Assembly (NCBI GenBank): GCA_944390975.1
Contig: CALXRX010000006.1
Coordinates: 14,312 to 78,311, forward strand
Length of the DNA stretch: 64,000 bases
Direction: 5' to 3'
Origin: an uncultured Clostridia bacterium
GTDB lineage: Bacteria > Bacillota > Clostridia > TANB77 > CAG-508
The notes below the pieces were generated by a model. The model saw only the letters and a list, made by a program, of their open reading frames with translations. It had not been told where the DNA came from and made no database searches. The translations under genes and the position numbers were made by a program. This document shows, piece after piece, positions 20,601 to 32,500 of the stretch. Within the stretch, counting starts at the first letter, position 1, and each line of letters begins with the position of its first letter.

Positions 20601-23600
20601 ATAGATAGCCAAACAAAACAAACAATAGTATCAAATGCAGAATATACAATATATGAATGGAATAATACAACAGGGCAATACGAAGAATATATAAGCCATA
20701 CAAATAATGAAAAAGTAATAATGCAAAAACAAAGTGACAATACATACCTATCATCACAATGGCTATATTACACAAAGTATAATGATGGAAAATATAAAAT
20801 AGTAGAAACACAAAGTGCATATGGATATTATGGAGATTATGATGAAAACAAAAACAAAAGAGAATATGAAATAAATGTACTAGACATTATAAAGAAAAGA
20901 AAATACTATAATCAAATAGTAGATAATGAAGGAACAATAAATCTATTTAACAATGAAGAAATGGATGCAATACAAAATAAAAGAGTAGAAACACAATTAA
21001 ACATACAAATAATAGATGTAGAAACAAATACAAATATACCACAAGGAAGTGCAAACTTAGAAAATGCAGTATACCAAATATATGCACTAGAACAAATAAA
21101 CCATTCAGATGGAACAACTTCAAGATATCCAGATGAGCCAGGAGTATTGTACAAAAAAGATGAATTAATTAAAGAAATAAGTACAGATGAACAAGGAAAA
21201 ATACAAGTAATAGGCTTAGAATGCGGAGAATACTATATAAAACAAAAAACACCATCAACAGGATACGTACAAGATGGAAACATATATGGAGTATATTTTA
21301 CATATAGAGGACAAGACATAGAAAAAATAACTATAAACAATACATATAAAAACAAAGTAATAAAACAAGCATTTCAAGTGCTAAAATATCAGCAGACAAC
21401 ACAAACAGAAGTAGCACCACTTGCAGGAGCAGGATTTACAATATATGAAATAAAAGAACTAAGTATTGTAAAAGAAGGAAAAATACAAAGAAATGAAGAT
21501 GGAACATACACATTAAAAGACGAGCAAGCACTACAAAACGAACAACTTGCAAAAAAAGCAAATCAAAATGGAACATACAACATAGAAGACCTAGTAGAAT
21601 ATTACTATAAAATTACATACACAGAAGAAAATATGGAAATATTACCACAAGTCGAAAATGGATATAGACCATATAATTTAGAAAATGAAAAATTAGTAAA
21701 ACAATATGAAACAAGTAGTGATGGTGAAGAAATACAAGAAATAATAACAAGTAAGCAAGGATATTTAGCAAGCCCAGAACTAGCATATGGAGAATATATA
21801 GTAATAGAAACTACAGTGCCACAAAACAAAGTAGAAATAAAACCATTTGTAGTAAAAATAGAAAACGACTCAAGAGAAAAACAAAGTTTAAGACATGTAT
21901 TAGACAAGGATTTCCAAACGAAAATAAAAATATACACAAAAGACATGATTACAAACAAAAACATACTAAAACAAGGCTCTAAATTTGTAATACAAAATTT
22001 AGAAACAAATGAATTAGTAACATACAAAGTATGGGATCCATTTAGTAATGTTACAGAATATGGAACATATGAAAAACCATTTGAAACAAACAGACAAGGT
22101 TATTTAATAACACCTATGAAGCTAGAAGCGGGAAGATACAAATTAATTCAAATACAAAGTGCAAACGACTATGTAGTAAATGGATTTGAAGGATATTCAG
22201 AAAATGGAGAAACAATAAAAACACCATATGCACAAGTAGAATTTGAAATAAGCACAAACCAAATGTACTATGTGGATAATGAACTAGAAAGCAATATCAT
22301 AGTTCAAGTGCAAAATAATAAACCACAAGTAGGAAGTTTAAAAATAACAGTACAAGGGCAATACATAAATAGTGCATCAAAAAATGAAGAAGGAAACTAT
22401 GTATTTAATTATCAAAATAAAAACCTAGCTGGAGTAGAAATTGGAATATATGCAAAAGAAGACATAAAAACCAGTGACAATCAAGATACAGTAATATATG
22501 CAAAAGATGAACTAGTAAAACAAGCTACAACCAATGAGCAAGGAATAATATATTTTGATAATTTAGAACTAGGAAAATACTATTTAAAAGAAATATCAGC
22601 AATAGATGGATTCTCATTAGATAAACAGCCAAAAGATATAGAAATAAAATATGGAACAAACGATATAACTTTAGAAGTAGGAACTGAAGAATGGAAAGAA
22701 ACTGCACAAAAAACACCAGTTATCAATGAAGAAATAAACATTGAGCAACCAAAACAAAATGTAAAAATTACAATAATAAACAAAGATGCACAAACAAAAG
22801 AAAAAATAAAAGGAGCAAAAATAGGGCTATATGCAAAAAATGATATAATAAGTGCCTTTTCAAATGAAGTTATAATAAAAAAAGATGAATTAATAACCAC
22901 TGCAGTAATTGGTGAACAAGGAGAAGCGGTTATTGGAGAAAACATACCACTTGGGGAATATTACATAAAAGAAATAACACCTTCATCTGGTTATGTACTT
23001 AGTGAAGAAACAATACAAATTGACGCAACATACAATAAAGACCAAAGAGAAACAATAAATATAACAAAAGAATATGAAAGCAAGCAAACAAATATCAATA
23101 TATTCAAAGTAGATGAAGACAAAAATCCAATACCAGGAGCAATTGTACAAATAAAAGATGAAGATGGAAATGTAATAAAAGAATGGGAAACCAAAGATAC
23201 ACCAGAAAACATAGTTGGTTTAGAAATAAATAAGACATATACAATAGTGGAAGTAAAACCAGCTGATGGATATGCAACTGTAGAAGAAGAAACATTCATA
23301 ATAAATGAAAAAGGAGAAATAGTTACAACAATTGAAAATGAAAATAACACAATATATGCAAAAGGGCAAGCAACAAATATAGAAATAGAATTACAAGATG
23401 CAATAACAAAAGAAAAAATAAAAGATATAACAGTAGATTTAGTATCACAAGAAACCCAAGAAACTGTAAGAAACTTTGAAACAATAGAAGAAAACTATGT
23501 AACACAAAAATTAAAAATAGGAAAATATACACTAAAAAGCACAAAAATGCCTTATGGATACAAAGAAATTGAAACAACAATCGAAATAAAAGACAGTAAA

Positions 23601-24281
23601 GAAACACAAAAAATAATAATACCAGTAGAAAGACAAAACTTTGATATAGAAGTACAAACATGGATACAAGAAATAAATCAAAATGGACAAATTAAATATG
23701 CAAACACAAAAGAAGAAAATAAAACAAAAAAAGTAGATATCAAAGATAAAAATATAAATAAAGACCAAATAAAAATTACATATAAAATTCGAGTAAAAAA
23801 CATAGGAAAAATTAATGGACAAGTAGGAAAAATAGAAGTAACAATACCACAAGGCATGCAATTTATAGAAGAAGACAACAAATCATATTGGAAACAAGAA
23901 AATGGAAAAATAGTAACAACAGGACTAGCCGGAAAAGAATTAAAAGAAGGCTCTTATGCAGACATTGAAATTGTACTACGTTGGAAAAATGGCTTAGAAA
24001 ACTTCGGAACAAAAGTAAATCAAGTAGAAATAAAAGAAATAACAAGTGACATAGGTTTTGAAGAAAACAATACACAAAACAATATAGCAAAATCAGCAGA
24101 AATAATAATAGGTATAAGTACAGGAGAAATGAATCTTGTTTGGACATGTTGGATACTTCTTATATTACTAATATTAATAGAAATATATGTTACAAAAAAA
24201 CTAAAAATAAAAAAATTTAAAATAAAAGATAAAACACTAAAATATAAAAAAGATGATAATGAAAAACAAAAAGGAGATTAA
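17673..24281 (+). CDS. Giant cell-surface protein with multiple SpaA/Cna-B (prealbumin-fold) repeats
   Basis: 2202 aa. It has a signal peptide and a Cys/His-rich N-terminal module. At least 9 repeats end in G(K/E)Y.(I/L).E...P.GY-type motifs (e.g. GEYYIKEITPSSGY, KTYTIVEVKPADGY). A DUF11/CARDB-like segment follows, then a C-terminal hydrophobic helix plus a basic tail. Confidence 0.85.
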   Translation: MKKIIASFLIILILITTLPIAPISLAVSEQIEKITQIAAEEKVGVSTIDLTGLAMGSEASHTHIYEKKYDSTAHWDQCWICQNTINRQSHNITRTEYTWGYATCYPGNTYTYYCEDGCGYSQTTKDPCVSNNKYVNVELRYLHHTNCTQCGVWMNNQGCVDSSGKRLNCQNLGTCVICGHTYTEAIHHVPENGKCEFCNQQFVELVSKSVKYASDSSYAILEWRLRGINGGELTGQMGFYSPTPAKSKTLTVIKNGTNDYTYQYKITFSSDVQDVVTANIDTDNALKINGKKVHFGGWEQSAYYDHKAPTAVSIKAAGNGTSGNYSTKATITATVSEDFSDIVEMRLLDTNGSTVLSDWGTASKSSNNYTRVFDIIAEIRQSSTLYVQSRDRMGNVTTQPVNVQYIDAKAPILTGQTGNNTTWVRTKQITYTATDKGVGQVQIAFNNQNDFQLANQSGDAYTRTYNFVGDVYGQVTAALYLKDGLGNIRTEKITISNIDNTAPTITGISQAASSDKKSINISVTANDINQNLGKSGSGVSEYAITTTNTAPSSFQTSNTLTVSKNGIYYVWVRDAAGNISSAKQILVKDIEIDITGNITWNDQNNKYSSRAKTKLSLYRNIDNGANELVQTQEIAAGQTSYKFQAREVNDQGKVYNYTVQQDIVDGYETTYDKLNITNTLILPTYTSNVEYKLIDAFQDKFLKNTKVEIAAQIQADENNREKIGLNNTQAVLNIDLGVKIDKNNIEVKYIDGQTGKETEILDFMIRQNTITIDYGTTNSKVTKAGDKLIVKVNGVLNEIKDYNTNIILTGNLTDYRGKNTSINLGEVTKAEQNFKVEYQKPQANIQLQKTDSITEENINDATFTLYEWDGTKYVEKETLVDTDKDGIYVSNYYEWNPVTQGKYKIVETGIPLYYNNLQFNMEYVINQLDTKNYTITPEYSNGNYKIAYSKRNPDDFDSKDGVVENEPYKLNVKINNIDSQTKQTIVSNAEYTIYEWNNTTGQYEEYISHTNNEKVIMQKQSDNTYLSSQWLYYTKYNDGKYKIVETQSAYGYYGDYDENKNKREYEINVLDIIKKRKYYNQIVDNEGTINLFNNEEMDAIQNKRVETQLNIQIIDVETNTNIPQGSANLENAVYQIYALEQINHSDGTTSRYPDEPGVLYKKDELIKEISTDEQGKIQVIGLECGEYYIKQKTPSTGYVQDGNIYGVYFTYRGQDIEKITINNTYKNKVIKQAFQVLKYQQTTQTEVAPLAGAGFTIYEIKELSIVKEGKIQRNEDGTYTLKDEQALQNEQLAKKANQNGTYNIEDLVEYYYKITYTEENMEILPQVENGYRPYNLENEKLVKQYETSSDGEEIQEIITSKQGYLASPELAYGEYIVIETTVPQNKVEIKPFVVKIENDSREKQSLRHVLDKDFQTKIKIYTKDMITNKNILKQGSKFVIQNLETNELVTYKVWDPFSNVTEYGTYEKPFETNRQGYLITPMKLEAGRYKLIQIQSANDYVVNGFEGYSENGETIKTPYAQVEFEISTNQMYYVDNELESNIIVQVQNNKPQVGSLKITVQGQYINSASKNEEGNYVFNYQNKNLAGVEIGIYAKEDIKTSDNQDTVIYAKDELVKQATTNEQGIIYFDNLELGKYYLKEISAIDGFSLDKQPKDIEIKYGTNDITLEVGTEEWKETAQKTPVINEEINIEQPKQNVKITIINKDAQTKEKIKGAKIGLYAKNDIISAFSNEVIIKKDELITTAVIGEQGEAVIGENIPLGEYYIKEITPSSGYVLSEETIQIDATYNKDQRETINITKEYESKQTNINIFKVDEDKNPIPGAIVQIKDEDGNVIKEWETKDTPENIVGLEINKTYTIVEVKPADGYATVEEETFIINEKGEIVTTIENENNTIYAKGQATNIEIELQDAITKEKIKDITVDLVSQETQETVRNFETIEENYVTQKLKIGKYTLKSTKMPYGYKEIETTIEIKDSKETQKIIIPVERQNFDIEVQTWIQEINQNGQIKYANTKEENKTKKVDIKDKNINKDQIKITYKIRVKNIGKINGQVGKIEVTIPQGMQFIEEDNKSYWKQENGKIVTTGLAGKELKEGSYADIEIVLRWKNGLENFGTKVNQVEIKEITSDIGFEENNTQNNIAKSAEIIIGISTGEMNLVWTCWILLILLILIEIYVTKKLKIKKFKIKDKTLKYKKDDNEKQKGD

Positions 24282-24303
24282 AATTAAATAAAATAATATA
24301 CAA

Positions 24304-24335
24304 GAGGTCAAATTCAAAAAAATGAATTTGACCTC
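24304..24335. terminator. Bidirectional terminator
   Basis: gaggtcaaattca aaaaaa tgaatttgacctc: a 13-bp perfect stem between convergent genes. Confidence 0.75.
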
Positions 24336-24365
24336 CTGCAATGTGCGACAATTGACATGTAGTAA

Positions 24366-24899
24366 TTATCCGCGGTTACAGTCCATACAGTTGATAACGA
24401 TGAAAGATGGTGATGATACATTGAAAGTTTCATAGCCCTCACGAATAAAGTCAAAAAGGTGGATATAATTTGCATGCTTGCGAACTTTATCACAACCTCC
24501 TTTTTCATAAGGTAGATCCAAGAGCCGGTGACAGGTTTTTCCGCCAGAAGCACACGTATGGTTTAATTCAGAACTTAAATATGTGCTCCGGGGAACTTCA
24601 CAACATAACAATTTCTCATACCACTTATACACAAGAGTTGGAGTTCCCAATTTTCTTCTGATATTTAACTCCGTAGGAGTTGTTATCTGAAGAGGTGTTT
24701 CGAAAGGCTCTGTTTTATCTGGCATTCTCTTTCGACTGACAATTCTAAAATGATGGTCCTTGTCGGAAGCTCTATAGACGACTTTTGATTTCTTTGTAAT
24801 CAGAGAGCCTGTAAGGGTAAAGTTATCTCCTTTCCTGCTTATTTTTGCACCACTTAATATGGTTTCCTTTTCGGTTACTGTTTTTTCAAACCGCTCCAT
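24366..24899 (-). CDS. Cys-rich hypothetical protein in a higher-GC island
   Basis: ATG at 24899 (MERFEKTVTEK...) with AGGAGG RBS. Composition is visibly GC-richer than the flanks. It contains three in-frame CGG (Arg) codons. The family was not recognised. Confidence 0.6.
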   Translation of the reverse strand: MERFEKTVTEKETILSGAKISRKGDNFTLTGSLITKKSKVVYRASDKDHHFRIVSRKRMPDKTEPFETPLQITTPTELNIRRKLGTPTLVYKWYEKLLCCEVPRSTYLSSELNHTCASGGKTCHRLLDLPYEKGGCDKVRKHANYIHLFDFIREGYETFNVSSPSFIVINCMDCNRG

Positions 24900-25020
24900 T
24901 GTTTTGCCTCCTTTGGGAAATGTTCCCATTTTTATTTAATGCACTTGTTGTACATATATTAAGTATACTACTTTATGTTTACAATGTCAATTTAGTTCAA
25001 TTTTGATAATGTTAAAAATT

Positions 25021-25113
25021 GTTAACATTCAGTCTATTTTACTTTTTTTAAATTGATAGATAATTTTATATAAAATTATCTATCAATTAACTACTTATAG
25101 TCTGAACTGTAAC
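25021..25113. repeat. Basic 93-bp MITE-like palindromic element (copy R5)
   Basis: gttaacattcagtctattttactttttttaaattgatagataatttt / aaaattatctatcaattaactacttatagtctgaactgtaac. Confidence 0.8.
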
Positions 25114-25152
25114 TGCACATTAACAAAAAATTAAAAAAAATGTGCTAAAACC

Positions 25153-25182
25153 TTGACAAGCCGTAAGAAAAAATGATATATT
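25153..25182 (+). promoter_or_regulatory. Promoter candidate for rpoBC
   Basis: TTGACA (25153-25158), 18-nt spacer, extended -10 TGaTATATT (25174-25182). About 360 nt upstream of rpoB. Confidence 0.5.
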
Positions 25183-25278
25183 ATAATAACATAAATTACG
25201 GATAACTTGTTATGAAACTAAAAATAGTAAGGGTGGTTAAAATAAAAAAACCAAAAATAACAAGAAGTTAAGTAAAAT

Positions 25279-25330
25279 ACAAAAGGTAAGTTGGTAAAAA
25301 AAGAGAGTTTACCAACATGCCTTTTTGTTG
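25279..25330 (+). promoter_or_regulatory. Terminator-like hairpin in the rpoB leader (possible attenuator)
   Basis: acaaaaggtaagttggtaaa ... tttaccaacatgcctttttgt, followed by tgttg. Confidence 0.35.
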
Positions 25331-25540
25331 TCGTAATTAAGTATTTTTTCGTAAATTTAAAAGAAGAGGAATTAAATTATGAAAGAACTTTTAAGTAGAG
25401 GTGAATAGAGCAGTAACACTAAACTTACTAGGGAAACTTAATTTAAGAAGGACTTCTTATTAAATATATTTTTTCTTAAAAAGCATTATACAAATTAATG
25501 CAATTTAAATCTTAATTTTCTGCTTAAAATTTAATTAGAG

Positions 25541-28500
25541 GTGATTTTTTTGGTAAAAGATGTAAAACACGAAAAATGTGTAAGAAAAACATTTGCAAAA
25601 ACAGAAGACAGCATAGAAATGCCAAATTTAATTCAAGTACAAAAAGACTCATATGACTGGTTTGTTAAGGAAGGATTAGGAGAAGTATTAAAAGACATAT
25701 CTCCAATAGTTGACTACACAGGAAACCTAGTACTAGAATTTTTTGATTACTATATGGAAGACAAAACAAAATACTCATTAGAAGAAGCAAAAGAAAGAGA
25801 TGCTACATACTCAACAAGACTACATGTAAAAGTACGATTAATAAACCGTGAAACAGGAGAAATTAAAGAACAAGAAATCTATTTAGGAGATTTTCCATTA
25901 ATGACAGACAGTGGAACATTTGTAATTAATGGAGCAGAAAGAGTTGTTGTAAGCCAATTAGTACGTTCACCAGGATGCTATTATGCAAATGAATATGACA
26001 AAACTGGTAAAAAAATATTCACATCAACAGTAATGCCAATACGTGGAGCATGGATAGAATATGAAACAGATGCTAATGACGTATTCTATGTAAGAATAGA
26101 TAGGACAAGAAAAATACCAGTAACATCTTTATTAAGAGCAGTTGGACTAGTTACAGACCAACAAATAATAGACTTCTTTGGAGAAGAAGATAAAATAATT
26201 GCAACAATAAACAAAGACACAATAAAAGACCAAGATGAAGCATTAATAGAAATATACAAAAAACTAAGACCAGGAGAACTTCCATCTGTTGAAGCTGCAA
26301 GAAACTTATTTAATGGATTATTCTTCGATGATAGAAGATATGACCTTGCAAAAGTTGGAAGATATAAATTTAATAAAAAATTAAGTTTAGCTGAAAGAAT
26401 AAAAAATCAAATATCAGCAAGTGACATAGTAAATCCAGAAACAGGAGAAGTTCTTGTAGAAGCAGGAAACATTATAACAAAAGAAACTGCTAAAGAAATT
26501 CAAAATACAGGAATAAACGTAGTAGATGTTAAATTAGAAGACAAAACTGTAAGAGTAATAGGAAATGGAACAGTAGACATTCATGAATTTGTAGAACTAA
26601 AAGAACTAAAAGTAAAAGAATATGTAAATTATGAAGTACTAAAAAGCATACTAGAAAATACAGACAAAAAAGATTTAGAAAAAATAATTGCAGAAAGAAT
26701 GAATGAACTAGTACCAAAACATATTACAACAGAAGATATTTTATCTTCAATAAACTATATACTTACACTACAATATGGACTTGGAAAAGTAGACGATATT
26801 GACCACTTAGGAAATAGACGTATACGTTCAGTTGGAGAACTATTACAAAACCAATTTAGAATTGGTCTAACTAGACTAGAAAGAGTTGTGCGTGAAAGAA
26901 TGACAATCCAAGACTTAGATGTTGTAACACCACAAACACTAATAAACACAAAACCAATAACATCATCAATAAGAGAATTCTTTGGAAGTTCACAATTATC
27001 ACAATTCATGGACCAAACAAACCCATTATCAGAATTAACACATAAAAGAAGAATATCAGCATTAGGGCCAGGTGGATTATCAAGAGAAAGAGCAGGATTT
27101 GAGGTAAGAGACGTACATTACACACACTATGGAAGACTATGTCCAATAGAATCACCAGAAGGACCAAACATAGGACTTATATCTGCATTATCATCATTTG
27201 CAATAATAAATGAATATGGATTTGTTGAAACACCATATAGAGTAGTAGATAAAGAAACACATCAAGTAACAGACAAAGTAGTATATTTAAGTGCAGAAGA
27301 TGAAGATGGTGCAAGAATTGCACAAGCCTCAGAGCCACTAGACAAAAATGGAAAATTTGAAAATAAAAAAGTAAAAGTAAGATACTTAGACGACATAGAA
27401 GAAGTAGCACCAGAAGAAGTAGACTATGTTGATGTATCACCAAAACAACTAGTTTCAGTAGGTGCAGCAATGATACCATTCTTAGAGCATGATGACGCTC
27501 ACCGTGCATTAATGGGTGCAAACATGCAACGTCAAGCAGTTCCATTATTAATACCAGAATCTCCAATAGTTGGAACAGGAATAGAATATAGAGCAGCAAA
27601 AGACTCTGGAATATTACAAATAGCAAAATCAAATGGAACAATTGCAAAAGTAACAGGAGACGAAATAGTTTTAAAAACAGACAAAGGAGAATTAGAAAAA
27701 TATCATTTGCGTAAATTCAAAAGAACAAATGGTGGAACATGTATAAATCAAAGACCAATAGTAGTAAAAGGCGAAAAAGTAAAAGCAGGAGACGTTATAG
27801 CAGATGGACCATCTACAGACAAAGGAGAAATGGCATTAGGTAAAAACGTATTAATAGCATTTGCAACATGGGAAGGATACAACTATGAGGATGCCGTACT
27901 AATAAGTGAAAGACTAGTTAGAGAAGACGTATATACATCAATACATATAGAAGAATATGATTGTGAATGTAGAGACACAAAATTAGGTCCAGAAGAAATA
28001 ACAAGAGACATACCAAATGTTGGAGAAGACAGCCTAAAAGACCTAGACGAAAATGGAATAATAAGAATTGGTGCAGAAGTAAGACCAGGAGACATTCTAG
28101 TTGGAAAAGTAACACCAAAAGGAGAAACAGAATTAACTGCAGAAGAAAGACTACTAAGAGCAATATTTGGAGAAAAAGCAAGAGAAGTTAGAGATACATC
28201 ATTAAGAGTACCACATGGAGAAGAAGGAACAATAGTAGATGTAAAAATATTTACAAGAGATAATTCAGATGAATTAGCACCAGGAGTAAACCAAGTAATC
28301 AGATGTTATATAGCACAAAAAAGAAAAATATCTGTTGGAGATAAAATGGCAGGACGTCATGGAAATAAAGGTGTTGTTTCAAGAATATTACCAGTAGAAG
28401 ACATGCCATTTATGCCAGATGGAACACCAGTAGATATAGTACTAAACCCACTTGGAGTACCATCACGTATGAACTTAGGACAGGTGCTTGAAGTACATTT

Positions 28501-29293
28501 AGGTGCTGCAGCTCGTGAACTTGGATGGAAAGTAGCTACACCAGTATTTGATGGAGCAAAAGAATATGAAATTTCTGAATTATTAGAAAAAGCTGGAAGA
28601 TCTGTAGACGGAAAAACAACACTATATGATGGAAGAACAGGAGAAAAATTTGATAAACCAGTAACAGTTGGTGTAATGTATATGTTAAAACTACATCATT
28701 TAGTAGACGACAAAATACATGCACGTTCAACAGGACCATACTCACTTGTAACACAACAACCACTAGGAGGAAAAGCACAATTTGGTGGACAACGTTTTGG
28801 AGAAATGGAAGTTTGGGCATTAGAAGCATATGGAGCTGCACATACATTACAAGAAATTCTTACAGTAAAATCTGATGATGTTGTAGGAAGAGTAAAAACA
28901 TATGAAGCAATTGTAAAAGGTGAAAACGTACCAGAGCCAGGAGTTCCAGAAAGCTTCAAAGTACTTGTAAAAGAACTACAAAGTTTAGGATTAGACGTAC
29001 GTCTATATTCAAATGACGATCAAGAACTAGAACTAAAAGAAAATATAGATGAAGGAATAGAATACAATCCAGAAAGAGAAAAACAACAAAATATATTACT
29101 AGAAGAAGAACTAGCAGAAAATTACATTGAAGAAGATGAAGACGATAGCGGGGAACTTTTAGATACAGAAGATGCAGACGAACTATTTGAAAGTGTACTT
29201 GATGATGAAGACGAAATGTTACTAGATGACACAGATTTAGGAGTAGACAATCTTATGAACGACAATGATATATTAGACGATGATAACGAATAG
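25541..29293 (+). CDS. rpoB: DNA-directed RNA polymerase beta subunit
   Basis: Conserved blocks throughout (e.g. [31 protein letters not shown]). The start may be TTG 25550, after AGAGGTG. There is an acidic C-terminal tail of about 80 aa. Confidence 0.97.
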   Translation: MIFLVKDVKHEKCVRKTFAKTEDSIEMPNLIQVQKDSYDWFVKEGLGEVLKDISPIVDYTGNLVLEFFDYYMEDKTKYSLEEAKERDATYSTRLHVKVRLINRETGEIKEQEIYLGDFPLMTDSGTFVINGAERVVVSQLVRSPGCYYANEYDKTGKKIFTSTVMPIRGAWIEYETDANDVFYVRIDRTRKIPVTSLLRAVGLVTDQQIIDFFGEEDKIIATINKDTIKDQDEALIEIYKKLRPGELPSVEAARNLFNGLFFDDRRYDLAKVGRYKFNKKLSLAERIKNQISASDIVNPETGEVLVEAGNIITKETAKEIQNTGINVVDVKLEDKTVRVIGNGTVDIHEFVELKELKVKEYVNYEVLKSILENTDKKDLEKIIAERMNELVPKHITTEDILSSINYILTLQYGLGKVDDIDHLGNRRIRSVGELLQNQFRIGLTRLERVVRERMTIQDLDVVTPQTLINTKPITSSIREFFGSSQLSQFMDQTNPLSELTHKRRISALGPGGLSRERAGFEVRDVHYTHYGRLCPIESPEGPNIGLISALSSFAIINEYGFVETPYRVVDKETHQVTDKVVYLSAEDEDGARIAQASEPLDKNGKFENKKVKVRYLDDIEEVAPEEVDYVDVSPKQLVSVGAAMIPFLEHDDAHRALMGANMQRQAVPLLIPESPIVGTGIEYRAAKDSGILQIAKSNGTIAKVTGDEIVLKTDKGELEKYHLRKFKRTNGGTCINQRPIVVKGEKVKAGDVIADGPSTDKGEMALGKNVLIAFATWEGYNYEDAVLISERLVREDVYTSIHIEEYDCECRDTKLGPEEITRDIPNVGEDSLKDLDENGIIRIGAEVRPGDILVGKVTPKGETELTAEERLLRAIFGEKAREVRDTSLRVPHGEEGTIVDVKIFTRDNSDELAPGVNQVIRCYIAQKRKISVGDKMAGRHGNKGVVSRILPVEDMPFMPDGTPVDIVLNPLGVPSRMNLGQVLEVHLGAAARELGWKVATPVFDGAKEYEISELLEKAGRSVDGKTTLYDGRTGEKFDKPVTVGVMYMLKLHHLVDDKIHARSTGPYSLVTQQPLGGKAQFGGQRFGEMEVWALEAYGAAHTLQEILTVKSDDVVGRVKTYEAIVKGENVPEPGVPESFKVLVKELQSLGLDVRLYSNDDQELELKENIDEGIEYNPEREKQQNILLEEELAENYIEEDEDDSGELLDTEDADELFESVLDDEDEMLLDDTDLGVDNLMNDNDILDDDNE

Positions 29294-29503
29294 CAAATAA
29301 CAAATAGTAACAAAAAATAATAGTAAAAATCAGCAAAAATAGCAAACAATAAAAAATAATCAAAATGAATAATGGAAATTAAATAATTAAATATGTTCTA
29401 CATAATACTATAGAATAATCACATAAGGGAATTGTTCGTGCAGTGTTAAATTATTCTATAGATATTATGAATTAAAACTTCAAATTTTGGAAAGGGGCCA
29501 AAA

Positions 29504-32500
29504 ATGGACGAATTAGAAATATTTGATAAATTAAAAATTGGGCTAGCTTCAGATGAAAAAATAAGGGAATGGTCAAAAGGTGAAGTAAAAAAACCAGAAA
29601 CCATAAATTATAGAACTTTAAAACCAGAAAAAGATGGTCTATTTTGTGAAAGAATATTTGGACCAACAAAAGACTGGGAATGTCACTGTGGTAAATATAA
29701 AAGAGTTCGTTATAAAGGAATAGTATGCGATAGATGTGGTGTTGAAGTAACAAAAGCAAAAGTAAGAAGAGAAAGAATGGGGCATATAGAACTTGCCGCA
29801 CCAGTTGCGCATATTTGGTATTTTAAAGGAATTCCAAGTAGAATAGCTCTATTACTAGATATATCGCCAAGAAGCTTAGAAAAAGTTATATATTTTGCAT
29901 CATACATAGTAACAGATAAAGGAACATCTGGATTAATAAAAACACAAGTATTAACAGAAAAAGAATATCATGAAGCAGAAGAAAAATATGGTAGAGGCTC
30001 ATTCAAAGCCGAAATGGGAGCAGAAGCCATAGAAAGTTTATTAAAAGAACTTGATATAGAAAAATTAGCAGAAAAACTAAAAAAAGAATTAGAAACAGCA
30101 AGTGAGCAAAAGAAAGTAAAACTAATAAAAAGACTAGACACAGTTGAATCATTTAGATTATCTGGAAACAAACCAGAATGGATGATAATGAACGTAGTAC
30201 CAGTTATACCACCAGAATTAAGACCAATGGTACAACTAGATGGAGGAAGATTTGCAACCTCAGATTTAAATGATTTATATAGACGTGTAATAAACAGAAA
30301 TAATCGTTTAAAAAGATTATTAGAATTAGGTGCACCAGAAATAATTGTAAGAAATGAAAAAAGAATGTTACAAGAATCTGTAGATGCACTAATAGATAAT
30401 GGAAGACGTGGAAGACCAGTAACAGGAGCTGGAAATAGACCACTTAAATCTTTATCAGACTTATTAAAAGGAAAACAAGGACGTTTCCGTCAAAACTTAC
30501 TTGGAAAACGTGTTGACTATTCAGGACGTTCAGTTATAGTTGTTGGACCAGAACTAAAAATATATCAATGTGGGCTTCCAAAAGAAATGGCAGTAGAATT
30601 ATTCAAACCATTCGTAATGAAGGAACTAGTTGGTAGAGGAATTGCACATAACATTAAAAACGCAAAAAGAATGGTAGAAAGACTAAGACCAGAAGTATGG
30701 GACATCTTAGAAGAAGTTATAAAAGACCATCCAGTTATGCTAAACCGTGCACCAACACTACATAGACTTGGAATACAAGCATTTGAGCCAGTACTAGTAG
30801 AAGGTAGAGCAATAAAACTACACCCACTTGTATGTACAGCATTCAATGCAGACTTTGATGGTGACCAAATGGCAGTACACGTACCATTATCACCAGAAGC
30901 ACAAGCAGAAGCAAGATATTTAATGCTATCAGCAAACAACTTACTAAAACCACAAGATGGAAAACCAGTTACAGTACCAACACAAGACATGATACTAGGA
31001 AGCTATTACCTAACAATGGTTGTAGAAGGAGAAATAGGAGAAGGAACATATTTTAAAGATGTTGATGAAGCAATAATGGCATATGCAAATGGAGAAGTTG
31101 GACTACATGCAAAAGTATGGATTAGAATGTTTAAAGAAATAGATGGAGAACTAAAACATAAAAAAGTTGAAACAACAGTAGGTAGAGTAATATACAACCA
31201 AGGAATACCACAAGATTTAGGATTTGTAGATAGATCTAATCCAGAAAATGTATTTGACTTAGAAATTAACTTCCCAGTTATAAAGAAAAACTTAGGAACA
31301 ATAGTTGCAAAAAGCATAAATGTACATGGACTTTCAAGAACAGCAGAATTATTAGACTATATTAAATCAATAGGATTCAAATACTCAACAAAAGGTGCTA
31401 TTACTGTTAGTACAAGCGATATCATTATACCAAAAGCAAAAAAAGAAATATTAGAAAAAGCAGAAGTTGAAGTAGAAAACATTGCAAAACAATATAAACG
31501 TGGTTTAATAACAGAAGACGAAAGATATGAATCAGTTATTAAAGTATGGGAAAAAGCAACAAATGATGTATCAGATGCAATGCAAGAAAACTTTGATGAA
31601 CTAAACCCAATATTTATGATGATACAATCTGGAGCACGTGGAAACATGAATCAGTTACGTCAAGTAGCAGGTATGCGTGGACTTATGGCAAATACATCTG
31701 GTAAAGCAGTAGAAATACCAATTCGTTCATCATTTAGAGAAGGACTAGATCCACTAGAATACTTCGTATCAAGCCATGGTGGAAGAAAGGGACTTGCAGA
31801 TACAGCTCTAAGAACAGCAGACTCTGGTTACTTAACAAGAAGACTAGTAGATGTATCACAAGACATAATAGTAAGAGAACATGATTGTGGAACAACAGAA
31901 GGAATAATAGTTTCTGATATAAAAGATGGAAACCAAGTAATAGAAAAACTACAAGAAAGACTAGAAGGAAGATATCCATTAGAAGATATTATAGATCCAG
32001 AAACAAAAGAAATAATTGTAGACAAAAATACAATGATAACAGAAAAAATAGCAGATAAAATAATAGCAGCAGGATATGACAAAGTAGCAGTACGTTCAGC
32101 ATTAGGATGTAGATCAAAACATGGTGTATGTGCTAAATGCTATGGAATGGGACTTGCAACACGTGAAGAAGTAAATATAGGTGAAGCAGTTGGAATAATT
32201 GCAGCACAATCAATAGGAGAGCCAGGTACACAGCTAACAATGAGAACATTCCACCAAGGAGGTGTAGCTGGAGGAGATATTACACAAGGTCTTCCTAGAG
32301 TTGAGGAACTATTTGAAGCAAGAAAACCAAAAGGACTTGCAATAATAACAGAAATTGATGGAACAGTAAAAATAAATGACGATAAAAAGAAAAAAGAAGT
32401 AGTAGTAACATCAAAAGACAATTCAAAAACATACACAATACCATTTGGCTCAAAATTAAGAGTAAAAGATGGAGATGTATTAGAAGCAGGAGATCAAATT

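Noticed and set aside
24470-24661. A 63-aa plus-strand ORF inside the higher-GC island.
   Set aside because: It is antisense to the better-supported 177-aa Cys-rich ORF, which has a perfect RBS.
29050-29293. The acidic C-terminal tail of RpoB, about 80 aa, considered as a novel fusion.
   Set aside because: It is low-complexity Asp/Glu-rich and in frame with no break. Variable acidic tails on beta subunits occur in Clostridia, so it is not distinctive enough to flag.
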